This document shows positions 1 through 10,238 of a DNA stretch of 58,123 nucleotides, piece after piece. Each line of letters begins with the position of its first letter. Position 1 is the stretch's first letter. Source of the DNA: an uncultured Clostridia bacterium (GTDB taxonomy: Bacteria > Bacillota > Clostridia > Christensenellales > CAG-1252); assembly GCA_945482995.1 (NCBI GenBank), contig CALYRM010000004.1, positions 1 to 58,123 of the forward strand, in the 5' to 3' direction. The notes under the pieces are model-generated. The model ran no database searches. It was not told the DNA's origin and saw only the letters and a list, made by a program, of their open reading frames with translations. A program made the position numbers and the translations under genes.

Positions 1-139
1 ACACACTCGCTTTAACCTTTCTGTTCAATTTTCAAGTTGCAATCGCTGCCCTTTCATTGACAGCTTAATTATCTTACCATACATATAATTTATTGTCAAC
101 AAATTTTGCAAGATTTTTTATATTTTTTTATTACTTTTT

Positions 140-1225
140 TTAATTTTTTTCGGATAGACATTTTTTCTCAATTACACCGCCTCCAAGACATATTTCATTT
201 AGGTAACATACGGCATATTGTCCCAAGGCAACGCCTCTTACGGGTTTATCAAAATATAAATGTACGCCATTTTCAGTCTTTACCAACGTTGCATCAAACA
301 ACGGTTGTCTATGTCTTATTCTACATTTAACCCTTGTTTCTTGTTTTTCGGGTACAATAGATATAAAATTAAACTCTGGCACTTCGACCATGTCGGCGTA
401 AAGCTCTCTACATTCGCCTTGATTGACGTATAAAATATTGTTTTTTACGTCTTTATCTACGACAAACCAGGGTTCCAACGTACCGCCACCGCCTATTCCT
501 AAGCCGTGTCTTTGACCAATGGTATAATAGTATACTCCATGATGAGTCCCGACTCTTTTACCTGACAAGTCTAGTATGCTTCCGTCTTTCATCGGAATAT
601 ATTCCGATAAAAACTTTCTAAAATTCCTCTCACCTATGAAACAAATACCCGTGCTATCCTTTTTATTTGCAGTTATCAAACCCTTTGCTTCCGCCATTTG
701 TCTAACCTTTGATTTGTCGGATATATCTGAAAGCGGAAATAGCACGTTTGACAATTGCGCACTCGACAACTGATTTAAGAAATATGTTTGATCTTTATTA
801 GCGTCTGCCGATTGCAATAAATGGTGAATATTCTCCTCGTGGCGAACGCCTGCATAATGCCCCGTTGCAATAAACTCGGCATCAAACTGATTTGCATATT
901 CGGCAAAGGCATCAAATTTGATTACTTTATTACATAAAACGTCAGGATTTGGTGTGCGACCTTTTTTGTATTCGTCAATAAATAATTTGAATACCTTTTC
1001 GTAATATTCCTTACTGAAATCAACAACATAGTATGGGATATCCAAGGCATCGGCAACACGTCTTACGTCTCTAAAATCGTCAACAGCAGTACATTCGCCG
1101 TTATTTTCGGTTTCATTCCAATTTTTCATAAACAGTCCGACAACGTCGTAGCCTTGCTCTTTCAAAAGCATTGCGGCTACCGAGCTATCGACACCACCTG
1201 ATAATCCTACTACTACTCTACGCAT
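140..1225 (-). CDS. mnmA: tRNA-specific 2-thiouridylase MnmA
   Basis: ORF 140..1255 carries the PP-loop SGGVDSS (MRRVVVGLSGGVDSSVAAMLLKEQGYDVVGLFMKNW). It is colinear with MnmA/TrmU over about 360 aa (NPDVLCN, TGICFIGE). I place the start at ATG 1225 (AGGGG a few nt upstream) instead of the ORF-track ATG 1255. Confidence 0.92.
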   Translation of the reverse strand: MRRVVVGLSGGVDSSVAAMLLKEQGYDVVGLFMKNWNETENNGECTAVDDFRDVRRVADALDIPYYVVDFSKEYYEKVFKLFIDEYKKGRTPNPDVLCNKVIKFDAFAEYANQFDAEFIATGHYAGVRHEENIHHLLQSADANKDQTYFLNQLSSAQLSNVLFPLSDISDKSKVRQMAEAKGLITANKKDSTGICFIGERNFRKFLSEYIPMKDGSILDLSGKRVGTHHGVYYYTIGQRHGLGIGGGGTLEPWFVVDKDVKNNILYVNQGECRELYADMVEVPEFNFISIVPEKQETRVKCRIRHRQPLFDATLVKTENGVHLYFDKPVRGVALGQYAVCYLNEICLGGGVIEKKCLSEKN

Positions 1226-2117
1226 CAAATACCCCTGTTGAAATGTATCTATCACCCGAATCGGGAAGAATTATTACATATACACCTTTTTTTATTTCGG
1301 CTAACTTTTTAACCGCTGCTAAGCTTGCACCACTGCTGATGCCACAAAATAAATTATATTTATTTTTCAATTCCCTTGTATTAGAATAAGCCTCCTCATC
1401 GGCTACCGACAAAATACCATCAAGCATTTCGACTTTTACTATACTCGGCACAAAATTCGCACCGATTCCTTGAATTTTGTGTGGATGTGCGTTTTCGCCA
1501 ATTAATACTCTACTGTTTTGCGGTTCAACAGCATAAACATTTACATTTAAGCCTTTTTCGATAAAAAACTCTTTTAAGCCCATTGCAGTTCCACCCGAGC
1601 CTAACGGTGAAATAATATCGGTTACCGTCGGCAAATCCTTGAATATTTCGGGGGCTGTCGTTAGCCTATGTATTTCCTTATTGTATGGATTATCGAATTG
1701 ACATGGCATATAGCCGTTTCTCTCTATGGCTATCCTTTTGGCCTCGTCAATGGCTCCTTTCATTCCAAGTCTAGCGTCGGTCAACACAACCTCTGCGCCA
1801 TAGCTTTTTAGAAGCTCAACTCTTTCCCTACTCATAGAAGATGGCATAGTCAGCACAACTTTAAAACCGATTTCTCTACCTACATACGCTAAGCCTATAC
1901 CCGTATTTCCACTTGTAGGCTCAACTATTGTATCTCCGATTTTGATAATACCTGCCTCAAATGCTCTTCTTAACATATTAAAAGCAGGCCTATCTTTAAC
2001 AGAACCGGTAGGGTTTGCACTCTCGAGCTTGCCATACACAGGACTTCCGTTAAACTCATCGATAAAAACTAATGGCGTTCCGCCTATTTTGGTTGTTATA
2101 ACTTCAAAATTGTTCAT
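1218..2117 (-). CDS. cysK: Cysteine synthase (O-acetylserine sulfhydrylase family, PLP-dependent)
   Basis: ORF 1218..2159 has the PLP-lysine motif NPTGSVKDRPA, plus GNTGIGLA and the GSGGT loop. Start trimmed to ATG 2117 (MNNFEVITTKIGGTPLV), preceded by GGAAAGGAG. CysK and CysM cannot be told apart by eye. Confidence 0.85.
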   Translation of the reverse strand: MNNFEVITTKIGGTPLVFIDEFNGSPVYGKLESANPTGSVKDRPAFNMLRRAFEAGIIKIGDTIVEPTSGNTGIGLAYVGREIGFKVVLTMPSSMSRERVELLKSYGAEVVLTDARLGMKGAIDEAKRIAIERNGYMPCQFDNPYNKEIHRLTTAPEIFKDLPTVTDIISPLGSGGTAMGLKEFFIEKGLNVNVYAVEPQNSRVLIGENAHPHKIQGIGANFVPSIVKVEMLDGILSVADEEAYSNTRELKNKYNLFCGISSGASLAAVKKLAEIKKGVYVIILPDSGDRYISTGVFDA

Positions 2118-2214
2118 TTTCGCTCCTTTCCTATCATAAATTCTCCCAAACATAGGCAAGCGTCAATTTATTTTTCATTCCACATAAGCCAGTGTGCAAT
2201 GATATAATTATTTT

Positions 2215-2598
2215 ATTACTTCTCGCGTAATTCGCTAAAAGCCGATGCCGGGGATGAAACATCTTCACTTCGATCGAAATGACTTGTGGGCGACTAAAGG
2301 ATAGATAAAGCGGATGAGATTCTTCGACATTGCTCAGAATGACACATTCGTTGCACTCCGCCAAGGATGTCATTATGGCTCGGAATGACGTTATCTTAAT
2401 GAATGACTTATTTTATTATAGCACAATAAAAACTATTAGTATATATTTTTAATATATTTTATTCGTTAATTTTGGCAAGTTTGACAATAGATTACTATGC
2501 ATGGTTCGCAAATAGTCGGTACTTTTATAAATCTTTTCCGACTACACTCGGAATGATTAACAAGTATTAAATCTTTAAATCTTCGTTATCAGAATGAT
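2215..2598 (+). repeat. Intergenic mosaic repeat locus A (hairpin units ending ..AATGAC/AATGAT)
   Basis: Contains ttcgctaaaagccgatgc...cttcacttcgatcgaaatgac and gagATTCTtcgacattgctcAGAATgac (ending 2343), then cggaatgac and gaatgac. A second block (2503..2598) reads ggttcgcaaatagtcggtac...ccgactacactcggaatgat. A non-repeat spacer lies between the two blocks. Confidence 0.75.
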
Positions 2599-2600
2599 AT

Positions 2601-2629
2601 AAAAAAAAGTCCCGTCATTTCGACGGGAC
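2601..2629 (-). terminator. Rho-independent terminator after the GLUG-protein gene
   Basis: Perfect 8-bp stem gtcccgtc/gacgggac (2609..2616 and 2622..2629), followed on the minus strand by a U8 tract (A8 at 2601..2608). It lies 16 nt past the stop. Confidence 0.85.
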
Positions 2630-2644
2630 TTAAATTTTATTCTA

Positions 2645-5600
2645 TTATTTAGAATAAATTTTACATCTTCTTACAGACTCTGCAATTTCAGCTTCATCAA
2701 GCTCGGTATTACCATACCAACCATTTGTTGTAACGCTGTCATTGTGTGATACCGCGTCAATGGAAGCAGATACTGTGCATCTTGAAACGCTACCGCTCTT
2801 GAAGTAACCAACGATTGCGCCAACATTGATATAGCTCTTACGTCCACCAATATTGATACCAGCTACTTTTAAGCCCTTAACTTCTGCATGGATTTCAACT
2901 TCTGCGTTTACTCTTGCAATAGTACCTTCGTTATAAGCAACTATACCGCCAATGTCGAAGTATGCGTTCATTATATCTTTCCAACTTTGTGATACAGCCT
3001 TTATTGAACCTGTAACAACTGATACGTTCTTAACTGTTCCTTTGTTGTAGCCTACAACTAAACCAATTCCTACTGAACCGTGCTTAGCAACGTCAACACT
3101 TGCATTTACAAGTCTTAAGTTTTGAATTGTACCGTTATTGTATGCGAACAAACCTGTATAACCGTCATTCACATCATTTATCTTAAAGTTTTGAAGTGTA
3201 TAACCATTACCGTCAAATGAGCCCTTGAATGGAACCTTTTCAGTACCGATTGGATCGATTTCTGCATAATCTAAGTCGATATCTGCGCCTAGCTCGAAGT
3301 ATACGCCTTCAAAATCGTTATGTGTGATATATTTAGATAATATACTGTTGATACTCTTTGCAACGGTCAAGAATTGTTCCTTTGTGTAAATCATATAAGG
3401 AGATTCCTTTGTGCCGTTGGATTGTGTTACTGAATCATACTTTGGCAACTCACCGATTACATTGAGAACTGCGCCTGTAACTTCGCTTCCGTCAGTAGCA
3501 CATAGTACTAAATCGTATTTGCCTTCCTTTAGGTTGTAAGCGTAGTCATTACTTAATGTGATTACGCCATCGATATAACGAAGTTGAGTATTTGACAATT
3601 CGATTTCTTCCTTGCCACTCATTACTCTAACCTCTGAGAACGTCTTATCAGCCATATCAACATAAATGTTAAGCTCGCTGTTTTCGTTCTTTTTGAAGTT
3701 ATAAGAGTTTGTAGTGAACTTCATTTCGCCGATTACATTCAAGCTAAACTCGAATGAATTTACTTCGGTATAAACTGTGAAAGCAACTGCACCGTAATTC
3801 AATTCGGTTACATTGAGTACTAATCCTTGATTATCTATTGTATAACAAGCTTCGTCTAAGCCTACAACATAAACCTTATTGACGTCGGTTTCTTGTAAAT
3901 TCCACTTGAAAGTCTTTACTGTTTCTTGACTCTTGTTTACTGTTTGAACTGTGCTGTCCTTCATTGAAGGATCTGTTGTGTTCATAACGGTAACTTTGAG
4001 TTGAACCTCGTTTTCAGCACCGCTTACTGTGAATACGTATTCGCCACTTTGTAAATTAGCGAAGTAATCTTTGGAAATTGTTAACGAGTTAGCGTTTTGT
4101 GTGAATGATGCGCACTTGCTTCCGTTGATTGTTGCAGTTAAGGTTACACCTTGTGGAATGGTTGCACCGAAGACTACGTCACTTGGTTGAGCTTTGTCGT
4201 ATACAGCAGTCTTTGCATTGACAACAAGCATATTGTTTACACCAACATTTACTGTGAAGTTGTAAGTAGTACCTGCTACAAGAAGTTTACCTGCAATTGT
4301 ACCTTGAGGAACACCGTCAAAAGCTTCTTTTGCAATAACTGTGCCGTTTAGATGAGATGTAACGTCACGATTGCCTAACATTACCTTTGTGATTGTGTTT
4401 TCGTACAATACGATATCGAGAGGTAAATTGGAATTGGAGCTTAGATTATAATCATAAGCTGTTGTCTTTAACATTGGCAAACGATTGTCTACTACTTCGA
4501 TATTTACAGTTGCGTTTTCGCCGTTGCTGTACTCGATAACGAATGCTTCGCCTGTCGAGTTCATTAAAGCAGCTGCGTTTACTCTAAACTCTTCGGTTGA
4601 TTTGCTGTAGCTCCATGCGCCATCAACTAAGCCTACGCTCTTGATTGTGTTGCCGTATAAAGGCATTGAAATTTTAACTGCTTGAGCAGATGCTTTATCA
4701 AACGTTGCCTTGAAGCCACCATCAGGAACAATGTTCTTGTTAGTAACAACATTAACTGTCAATACTAAGTAACCCTTAGATGATTCAAATACTAATTCGT
4801 GAGCTCCGTATTCAACATTGCTCAAAGCACTTGAATTGATTGTCAAGATTTCATCGTCATACGAGTAATCTACGCCCTCGGTCATAAGTTTACCGTCTAA
4901 GCTTAAACCGATAAACTTCGAAGTATTGAGATGTACAACGTAAATTAAATCGCTGTTAGATTCTTTTACATAATCTTTATTTGCATCGTCAGCTGTTGGC
5001 TTATCGGCTGCCTTAACAACCTTTATAGTCTTGCTAACCATTTTGTTAACCTTTGAAGTAACTTTGATATCTGTTTCAAAGGTTGCGGGAGCAGTTGCTG
5101 TTACTCTAACTTTGTTATCTTTAATGCTTAACAAGCTCTCATCATATTCGTAATTAAATTCGTCCCAATCAATCGAGTAGATAGCGCCCTCTTTATCAGG
5201 ATTTTGAATATCAATAGCATATGTATCAAACTTTGTCAAATAGAAGTAGCTTGAGCTTAGATATACTGTTTCGTCTGCAAAAGCGTCATTATTTCCACGA
5301 GTTTGAGGAACATATTTGTAGCCTGCGTTCCATAACGGCCATTTCTTGTTTAGGAAAGTTTGTTGCGCGATATTGATTTTCCAAACCTTACCGTTTACGT
5401 TCATAACCGAGTACAAGCCAAGCTCTACATAGTAAGCGGGAACGATATTTAATTCTTCGTTCATTATGCTCCAGCCGTCCATTTCCAGTCTACCTGCTAA
5501 GTCAAGGTATACGCCGAAGCTAACGCCTAAGTTGATAGATACTACGCCACAAGCGCTGATACCGATTTCGTTATATAAGCCAACCTTGTTTTCCCATGTA

Positions 5601-7084
5601 CCTGTCAAAGTCAAACCATTGAAATTGAACTCATCATCAATATTGAAGTATGGGGTAACATTGTTATCGACGTAAGCTACACCAAACTCAGCTCTTACAA
5701 CGTTTTTAGCACTCGTGCTTAATTTAGCTTTTACGTCGGACTTAACTTCAATACCCATATTCTCAACAATTTGGATTGGAGTTGTGCCTACGGGAATAAC
5801 CCAAGTAGCAAAGATAAATGGCTTATCTGTGCCGTTGGTTGTGTTAAGTGAATCCTTAACGATTTCGCAAACATTATTTACAATATTTTTTAATGCAAGA
5901 TTTGCTTCGGTGTTGTTTTCGCTATCGGTATTATTGAAGTGATATTCAAAGCCACCGTTTACCGAGAATGTAGTTTCTAAATCTGCGGTAATTGCAAGGT
6001 CAAATGCCTTTGGATCTTTTTGGAAGTTGACTTTTGCATTAGGTGTGAGCTTATTAGCTAGCTTAATGGTAACTGATGCGTCCTTTGCTGATTTCAAGAA
6101 CCCCTTGAACGTCAAAGTTAGATCAACGGTTGCATTAGCAGGCTTGCCCTTATTGAAGTTATAATCAATTTTAAAGGATCCGTATTCGCCAACGTCAAAT
6201 TCCTTTGTTCCAAGTTGCTCGCCATACAAGTATTGTACTGTTGACAAGAACCAATCGGAAGAATATACGCTTTGAAGGGTAGCTTCTTCGTTGATTGAAA
6301 AGCTATCTTCGGTGATACCAATATTACTTTGGTGAACGTTTAGAACCTCGTATATATCGTCAACCTCTGCACTAACTACGGTAGCGGTCATTGTACGAGA
6401 ATCGGGATTATAGCTCGATACTGTGTTTGGATCAAGCTTGTATGCAACGTTAGTGACGACTTCATCCGTTCCTTCAATGCGCTTACCCTCTTCGCCGATT
6501 TCTGATTGATAAACAAATACGGTATTGTCAGAATACTTAGCATCTAAATTGAAGATATCCAAAGTCCAACTATTTTCGCCGTTTTCAACAATTCTGAAAT
6601 CGTTTGCGTCTAATTCTACTACGTTGTCCTTTAAGTCATATTCCGAAACGTCCTCTGCGTCAACAACAAAAATCAATTCCTTTAAGCCTGCATACTTTTC
6701 GTCTGCGAATGCAACGGATGAGCTGGTCAAGCTGATTTTGTAGGCAACGCCCGGAATCCAAGAGCCGCTTGTCGGAACAAATCCAATATTGCCCTTTTCG
6801 TCCTTAACATTGGAAATAGCTAAATTGACATTGTTTCCTTCGGAATCCTTGACAACTACGAAAGAACTAAGGTCATTGATGGTTTTGGTACATGTAATGT
6901 AGAAGACTTGATTGCTTTGAACACCATTAAGAACTTGAGTATTCTCTACAGAAGCCTCGGCATTAGCGACTACTTGATTGTTATTGACATTGCCACCGAA
7001 TACACCGGAGATAGCTAAGGCAACGACAACGACTAGCGCAACAACCAATAAGCCACTGGTGATTTTAATCGCCATACCTTTCAT
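2645..7084 (-). CDS. Giant N-terminally anchored surface protein with Ig-like repeats and C-terminal GLUG-type repeats
   Basis: Uninterrupted 1513-aa ORF. Start trimmed to ATG 7084 (MKGMAIKITSGLLVVALVVVVALAISG, hydrophobic anchor or signal), with GGAGGA 7 nt upstream. The C-terminal ~200 aa repeat GLFAYNNGTIQNLRL / GLVVGYNKGTVKNVSV / GGIVAYNEGTIARVNA / GAIVGYFKSGSVSRCTV, which is the GLUG motif pattern. No LPXTG seen. Confidence 0.8.
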   Translation of the reverse strand: MKGMAIKITSGLLVVALVVVVALAISGVFGGNVNNNQVVANAEASVENTQVLNGVQSNQVFYITCTKTINDLSSFVVVKDSEGNNVNLAISNVKDEKGNIGFVPTSGSWIPGVAYKISLTSSSVAFADEKYAGLKELIFVVDAEDVSEYDLKDNVVELDANDFRIVENGENSWTLDIFNLDAKYSDNTVFVYQSEIGEEGKRIEGTDEVVTNVAYKLDPNTVSSYNPDSRTMTATVVSAEVDDIYEVLNVHQSNIGITEDSFSINEEATLQSVYSSDWFLSTVQYLYGEQLGTKEFDVGEYGSFKIDYNFNKGKPANATVDLTLTFKGFLKSAKDASVTIKLANKLTPNAKVNFQKDPKAFDLAITADLETTFSVNGGFEYHFNNTDSENNTEANLALKNIVNNVCEIVKDSLNTTNGTDKPFIFATWVIPVGTTPIQIVENMGIEVKSDVKAKLSTSAKNVVRAEFGVAYVDNNVTPYFNIDDEFNFNGLTLTGTWENKVGLYNEIGISACGVVSINLGVSFGVYLDLAGRLEMDGWSIMNEELNIVPAYYVELGLYSVMNVNGKVWKINIAQQTFLNKKWPLWNAGYKYVPQTRGNNDAFADETVYLSSSYFYLTKFDTYAIDIQNPDKEGAIYSIDWDEFNYEYDESLLSIKDNKVRVTATAPATFETDIKVTSKVNKMVSKTIKVVKAADKPTADDANKDYVKESNSDLIYVVHLNTSKFIGLSLDGKLMTEGVDYSYDDEILTINSSALSNVEYGAHELVFESSKGYLVLTVNVVTNKNIVPDGGFKATFDKASAQAVKISMPLYGNTIKSVGLVDGAWSYSKSTEEFRVNAAALMNSTGEAFVIEYSNGENATVNIEVVDNRLPMLKTTAYDYNLSSNSNLPLDIVLYENTITKVMLGNRDVTSHLNGTVIAKEAFDGVPQGTIAGKLLVAGTTYNFTVNVGVNNMLVVNAKTAVYDKAQPSDVVFGATIPQGVTLTATINGSKCASFTQNANSLTISKDYFANLQSGEYVFTVSGAENEVQLKVTVMNTTDPSMKDSTVQTVNKSQETVKTFKWNLQETDVNKVYVVGLDEACYTIDNQGLVLNVTELNYGAVAFTVYTEVNSFEFSLNVIGEMKFTTNSYNFKKNENSELNIYVDMADKTFSEVRVMSGKEEIELSNTQLRYIDGVITLSNDYAYNLKEGKYDLVLCATDGSEVTGAVLNVIGELPKYDSVTQSNGTKESPYMIYTKEQFLTVAKSINSILSKYITHNDFEGVYFELGADIDLDYAEIDPIGTEKVPFKGSFDGNGYTLQNFKINDVNDGYTGLFAYNNGTIQNLRLVNASVDVAKHGSVGIGLVVGYNKGTVKNVSVVTGSIKAVSQSWKDIMNAYFDIGGIVAYNEGTIARVNAEVEIHAEVKGLKVAGINIGGRKSYINVGAIVGYFKSGSVSRCTVSASIDAVSHNDSVTTNGWYGNTELDEAEIAESVRRCKIYSK

Positions 7085-7113
7085 AAAACATCCTCCAACT
7101 AAATTTTGTAATA

Positions 7114-7142
7114 AATATAGCACAGTCTGGTATATTTTTCGA
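7114..7142 (-). promoter_or_regulatory. Candidate extended -10 promoter for the GLUG-protein gene
   Basis: The minus strand reads TCGAAA, 17 nt (ending TGc), TATATT, so TGcTATATT is an extended -10. This predicts a leader of about 23 nt containing GGAGGA. Confidence 0.35.
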
Positions 7143-7344
7143 CTTATTTTGTTATACAGACTTCCATATGCTATTAATCTACTCAAATTTTATCATAACT
7201 TAACAAATAAATCAATACTTTTGTTAAATTTTCTTAAAATTTATTTTTCTGGCTTAATTTGTTCTTAATACATTTTATGAATTCTAAATTATTATAATTA
7301 CAAAATTTTTAAATTAAGTGTCTAGAAACTTTATACAATACGCA

Positions 7345-7615
7345 ATTTGAAACGACGCACAAGGATGAGGTCCCTCGACTACGATTAGGATGACAATATG
7401 ATAAAAATGGCTTCCGTATGCTTCGCAAAAAGTCGGTGCTAGTATAGAGATGTCTCGACTACGCTCGACATGACGGAAAAAGGATGATATTCTTCGAACA
7501 AGGCTTAAGAATGAGAATATGCAAAAAAAGGCTTCCGTATGCTTTCCAACTAGTTTGTGCATGTATAGAGATTTCTCCACTCCGTTAGCACTTCGGTCGA
7601 AATGACGAACAAGGA
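7345..7615 (+). repeat. Intergenic mosaic repeat locus B
   Basis: Two long units (ggcttccgtatgcttcgcaaaaagtcggtgc..atagagATGTCtcgactacgctcGACATgac, and the ..ccactccgttagcacttcggtcgaaatgac variant) are interleaved with short units (aaggatgaggtccctcgactacgattaggatgac). Confidence 0.85.
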
Positions 7616-7669
7616 TAATATTTATAATTTTTTCGTTTATTACTTAATTCTTCGGTCAACAATAGCGAT

Positions 7670-9109
7670 ATGAATGTAGAAGAATTGAAAGAAACGTTAA
7701 AATCGGATTTTTGCCAAAGTTTCGATTTAGTTTTATTACAACGAAAAATAGGTGAGCTTGATTGCTTATACGCCTACTTCGATGGAATGATTGATAAAGA
7801 ACTTCTTGAAAACGGCGTTATATCAAAACTTTTCGCAGCCCCTACCCTTAATGGTAATATTGATATTAAATATTTATATAATAATACCTCATCATCGGGT
7901 AAAATCGAAGAAATCGAGAATTTTCTCGAAGCCGAAAACACTCTGACCGAAGGTTTTGTCGTTCTTTTTGTGGACGACCTATTTTTCAGTATCGATCTTA
8001 GAAAAATGGAAAAACGGTCTATCACCGAACCCCCTACTTCAAGCGTTTTGAAAGGTCCGAGAACAGGTTTTGTGGAAGAAATTGCAGTCAATGTTTCGCT
8101 TATCAGGCGAAGAATAAAAAATAAAGATTTGGTAATTCAAAGTCTTACCGTCGGCAAATACACACAAACCACGGTTGCTGTATGCTGGATTTCGAGCATT
8201 GCCGATAAAGCTATCGTCGACAGCGTTATGAAGAGAATATCTCAAATTAATATTGACGGCATTATTGACAGCTCATATATCGGAATGTTAATCGAGGACA
8301 ATCAATCCTCTTTATTTTCACAAATTTCTTCGCAAGAAAAACCCGATATCGTGGTTGCCAAAATATTAGAGGGTAGAGTCGCAATAGTTGTTGACGGTTC
8401 GCCTATGGTGCTTACCCTACCATATATGCTAATTGAGAGTTTTCAAGACAGCGAAGATTATTTTAGACGTAATAGAAGAACATCTTTCGTTAGATTGCTT
8501 AGATTAATTGGTATCATTTTTGCAGTTTTGTTACCCGCAGGCTACGTCGCACTGCAAGAATACCAGTATCAATTTTTGCCTTTTAAGTTTATGATAACCA
8601 TTATAAACGCGACAAGCGGCACGCCGTTTACTCCAACCTATGAAATGATTTTGGTGTTGATCGTCTTCGATATTCTCAACGAGGCAAGTATTCGTATGCC
8701 TCGTTTCGTGGGTATGGCTCTATCAATTGTAGGCGCAATCGTGCTTGGTGAAACTGCCGTTCAAGCAGGACTTTTGAGTTCGCCTGCCGTTCTAGTTATG
8801 GCTCTATCGGCAATAGGTATGTATACAACCCCTACTAATATGGGAACATTCTCGATAATAAGGCTTGCGTTTTTACTTGCGGCAAGCTTATTCGGAATGT
8901 TGGGTTTAGTAATTGCTTGTATGATATTCATCGTCTCAATTTGCTCTTTGAAGAGCTTTGGCACAGATTTCACAGCTCCATATGCACCGGTCGTTCCTGC
9001 TGATTTGAAGGATGGTTTTATTAAGAAGAGTATTAACGATACTATCACTCGTCCAAAGGCACTGCATACCCAAAACAAAATAAGAAAAGGAAAGTCAAAA
9101 AATGAATAG
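7670..9109 (+). CDS. Spore germination protein, GerA (A-subunit) family
   Basis: 479 aa with VDGSPMVLTLPYMLIESFQDSEDYFRR followed by C-terminal TM helices, the typical GerAA/GerKA layout. It is first in an overlapping A-B-C operon. Confidence 0.85.
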   Translation: MNVEELKETLKSDFCQSFDLVLLQRKIGELDCLYAYFDGMIDKELLENGVISKLFAAPTLNGNIDIKYLYNNTSSSGKIEEIENFLEAENTLTEGFVVLFVDDLFFSIDLRKMEKRSITEPPTSSVLKGPRTGFVEEIAVNVSLIRRRIKNKDLVIQSLTVGKYTQTTVAVCWISSIADKAIVDSVMKRISQINIDGIIDSSYIGMLIEDNQSSLFSQISSQEKPDIVVAKILEGRVAIVVDGSPMVLTLPYMLIESFQDSEDYFRRNRRTSFVRLLRLIGIIFAVLLPAGYVALQEYQYQFLPFKFMITIINATSGTPFTPTYEMILVLIVFDILNEASIRMPRFVGMALSIVGAIVLGETAVQAGLLSSPAVLVMALSAIGMYTTPTNMGTFSIIRLAFLLAASLFGMLGLVIACMIFIVSICSLKSFGTDFTAPYAPVVPADLKDGFIKKSINDTITRPKALHTQNKIRKGKSKNE

Positions 9110-10238
9110 AATTCTAACAACCAAGCTTGACGGAAAAGATACTTTAAGAGCACCCGAAACGGCAATAATACTTTTCTTACTGATGATTACTTTCAAAACC
9201 TGCAATATGCCCGCAGTTTTGTATTCGGCAGCAGAAGAATCAGGCATATGGTGTATTATTATTCATGCAGTACTTGACGCAATTTTAACCTGCGTTTCGC
9301 TATATGTAGCCTCTCTTGGCGGAATACAAAGCAAAAACATTCCCAAAGGCGTTAGAAAGGTGGCGGCTGCATTGCTATTATTCTTTTTCTTATTTAAGTT
9401 GAGCGCATTCATTTACGAAACTACAACTTCATCCTCAAGCGTTCTATTTGAAAATTCTCTGATATTCCCGATATTTTTAGCCATATTGATTTCAACTGCG
9501 ATAATAGGTTCATCAGGTTTCACCGTAATAGGAAGAGGCTCGCTTATTTTCGGTTGGCTTTCTATATTTATGCTAGTATTCAATCTCTTTTTCGTAGGCT
9601 TTGACGGCTTTGGTTATAACCTATTTCCTGCATTGAGATTTGAGAACGTTACGAAAGGTCTTATAAAACAAGCTGTTTGGTTTGGTGAACCACTAATATT
9701 GATGACAGCAGATCTATCAAAAAAATATACGAAAAAACAAAATGCACTTATCGGTGGTGCTTTTGCTGCAGCTTCCTTGGTACTTATAGCATTTTATCTG
9801 CTTCTTATCTATACCTACGGCAACGCTTCAAAGTCGGTCAATAACGCCTTTTCAAGAGTCTTGACAATGAACAAGTATTCAAACGAACTTGGGGCTGTTG
9901 ATTGGCCTATGATTATACTTTGGTTGATTGCCGCATTAATTCATACTTCGTGCCTATTTTCCGCTTGCAAGCAATGCTATGTTGAGCTTGTGGAAGTAGG
10001 GAAAAAGGGATTGACTGCCAAAACTATTATTTTCTATATCTTGGCAATTGGATTACCGTTGGTATTTTATTTTACGGTGTTTGATAACGTACTCTACACT
10101 ACGGTTTTGGGTTCGCTTCCTGTTGGTATAATCACCTTTGCGCTTGGCTATGCCCTGCCACTTGTTGTTGCGATTGCAGCTTTTATTAAGGTCAAAAAGA
10201 TAAAAAAAGAGGAAAAATTAAATGAAGTCACAGAATAA
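9102..10238 (+). CDS. Spore germination permease, GerB (B-subunit, APC-like) family
   Basis: 378-aa polytopic protein (about 10 TM). It overlaps the gerA-type stop by 8 nt, with AGGAAAG upstream. Position and size match B subunits. Confidence 0.75.
   Translation: MNRILTTKLDGKDTLRAPETAIILFLLMITFKTCNMPAVLYSAAEESGIWCIIIHAVLDAILTCVSLYVASLGGIQSKNIPKGVRKVAAALLLFFFLFKLSAFIYETTTSSSSVLFENSLIFPIFLAILISTAIIGSSGFTVIGRGSLIFGWLSIFMLVFNLFFVGFDGFGYNLFPALRFENVTKGLIKQAVWFGEPLILMTADLSKKYTKKQNALIGGAFAAASLVLIAFYLLLIYTYGNASKSVNNAFSRVLTMNKYSNELGAVDWPMIILWLIAALIHTSCLFSACKQCYVELVEVGKKGLTAKTIIFYILAIGLPLVFYFTVFDNVLYTTVLGSLPVGIITFALGYALPLVVAIAAFIKVKKIKKEEKLNEVTE

Noticed and set aside
2609-2629. Hairpin gtcccgtcatttcgacgggac, whose loop (gtcatttcgac) resembles the reverse-orientation repeat unit
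   Set aside because: The perfect GC-rich stem, the U8 tail and the position 16 nt after a stop codon fully account for it as an intrinsic terminator. The similarity to the repeat is only about 10 nt.
2118-2644. Riboswitch (SAM or T-box type) in the long region upstream of cysK
   Set aside because: The region is explained by the interspersed repeat units plus AT-rich spacer. I could not find conserved S-box or T-box core elements (no specifier or T-box sequence, no SAM-I junction motifs).
7314-7580. ORFs lying entirely in repeat loci: 7314-7580, 46506-47024, 46949-47290, 2134-2373, 56064-56342 and 56105-56296. Two of them share the N-terminus MEKSLYMH.L..KHTEA.
   Set aside because: The shared peptide simply mirrors the conserved nucleotide repeat. 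The ORFs diverge as soon as the repeat ends, lack ribosome binding sites, and overlap hairpin units and terminators.
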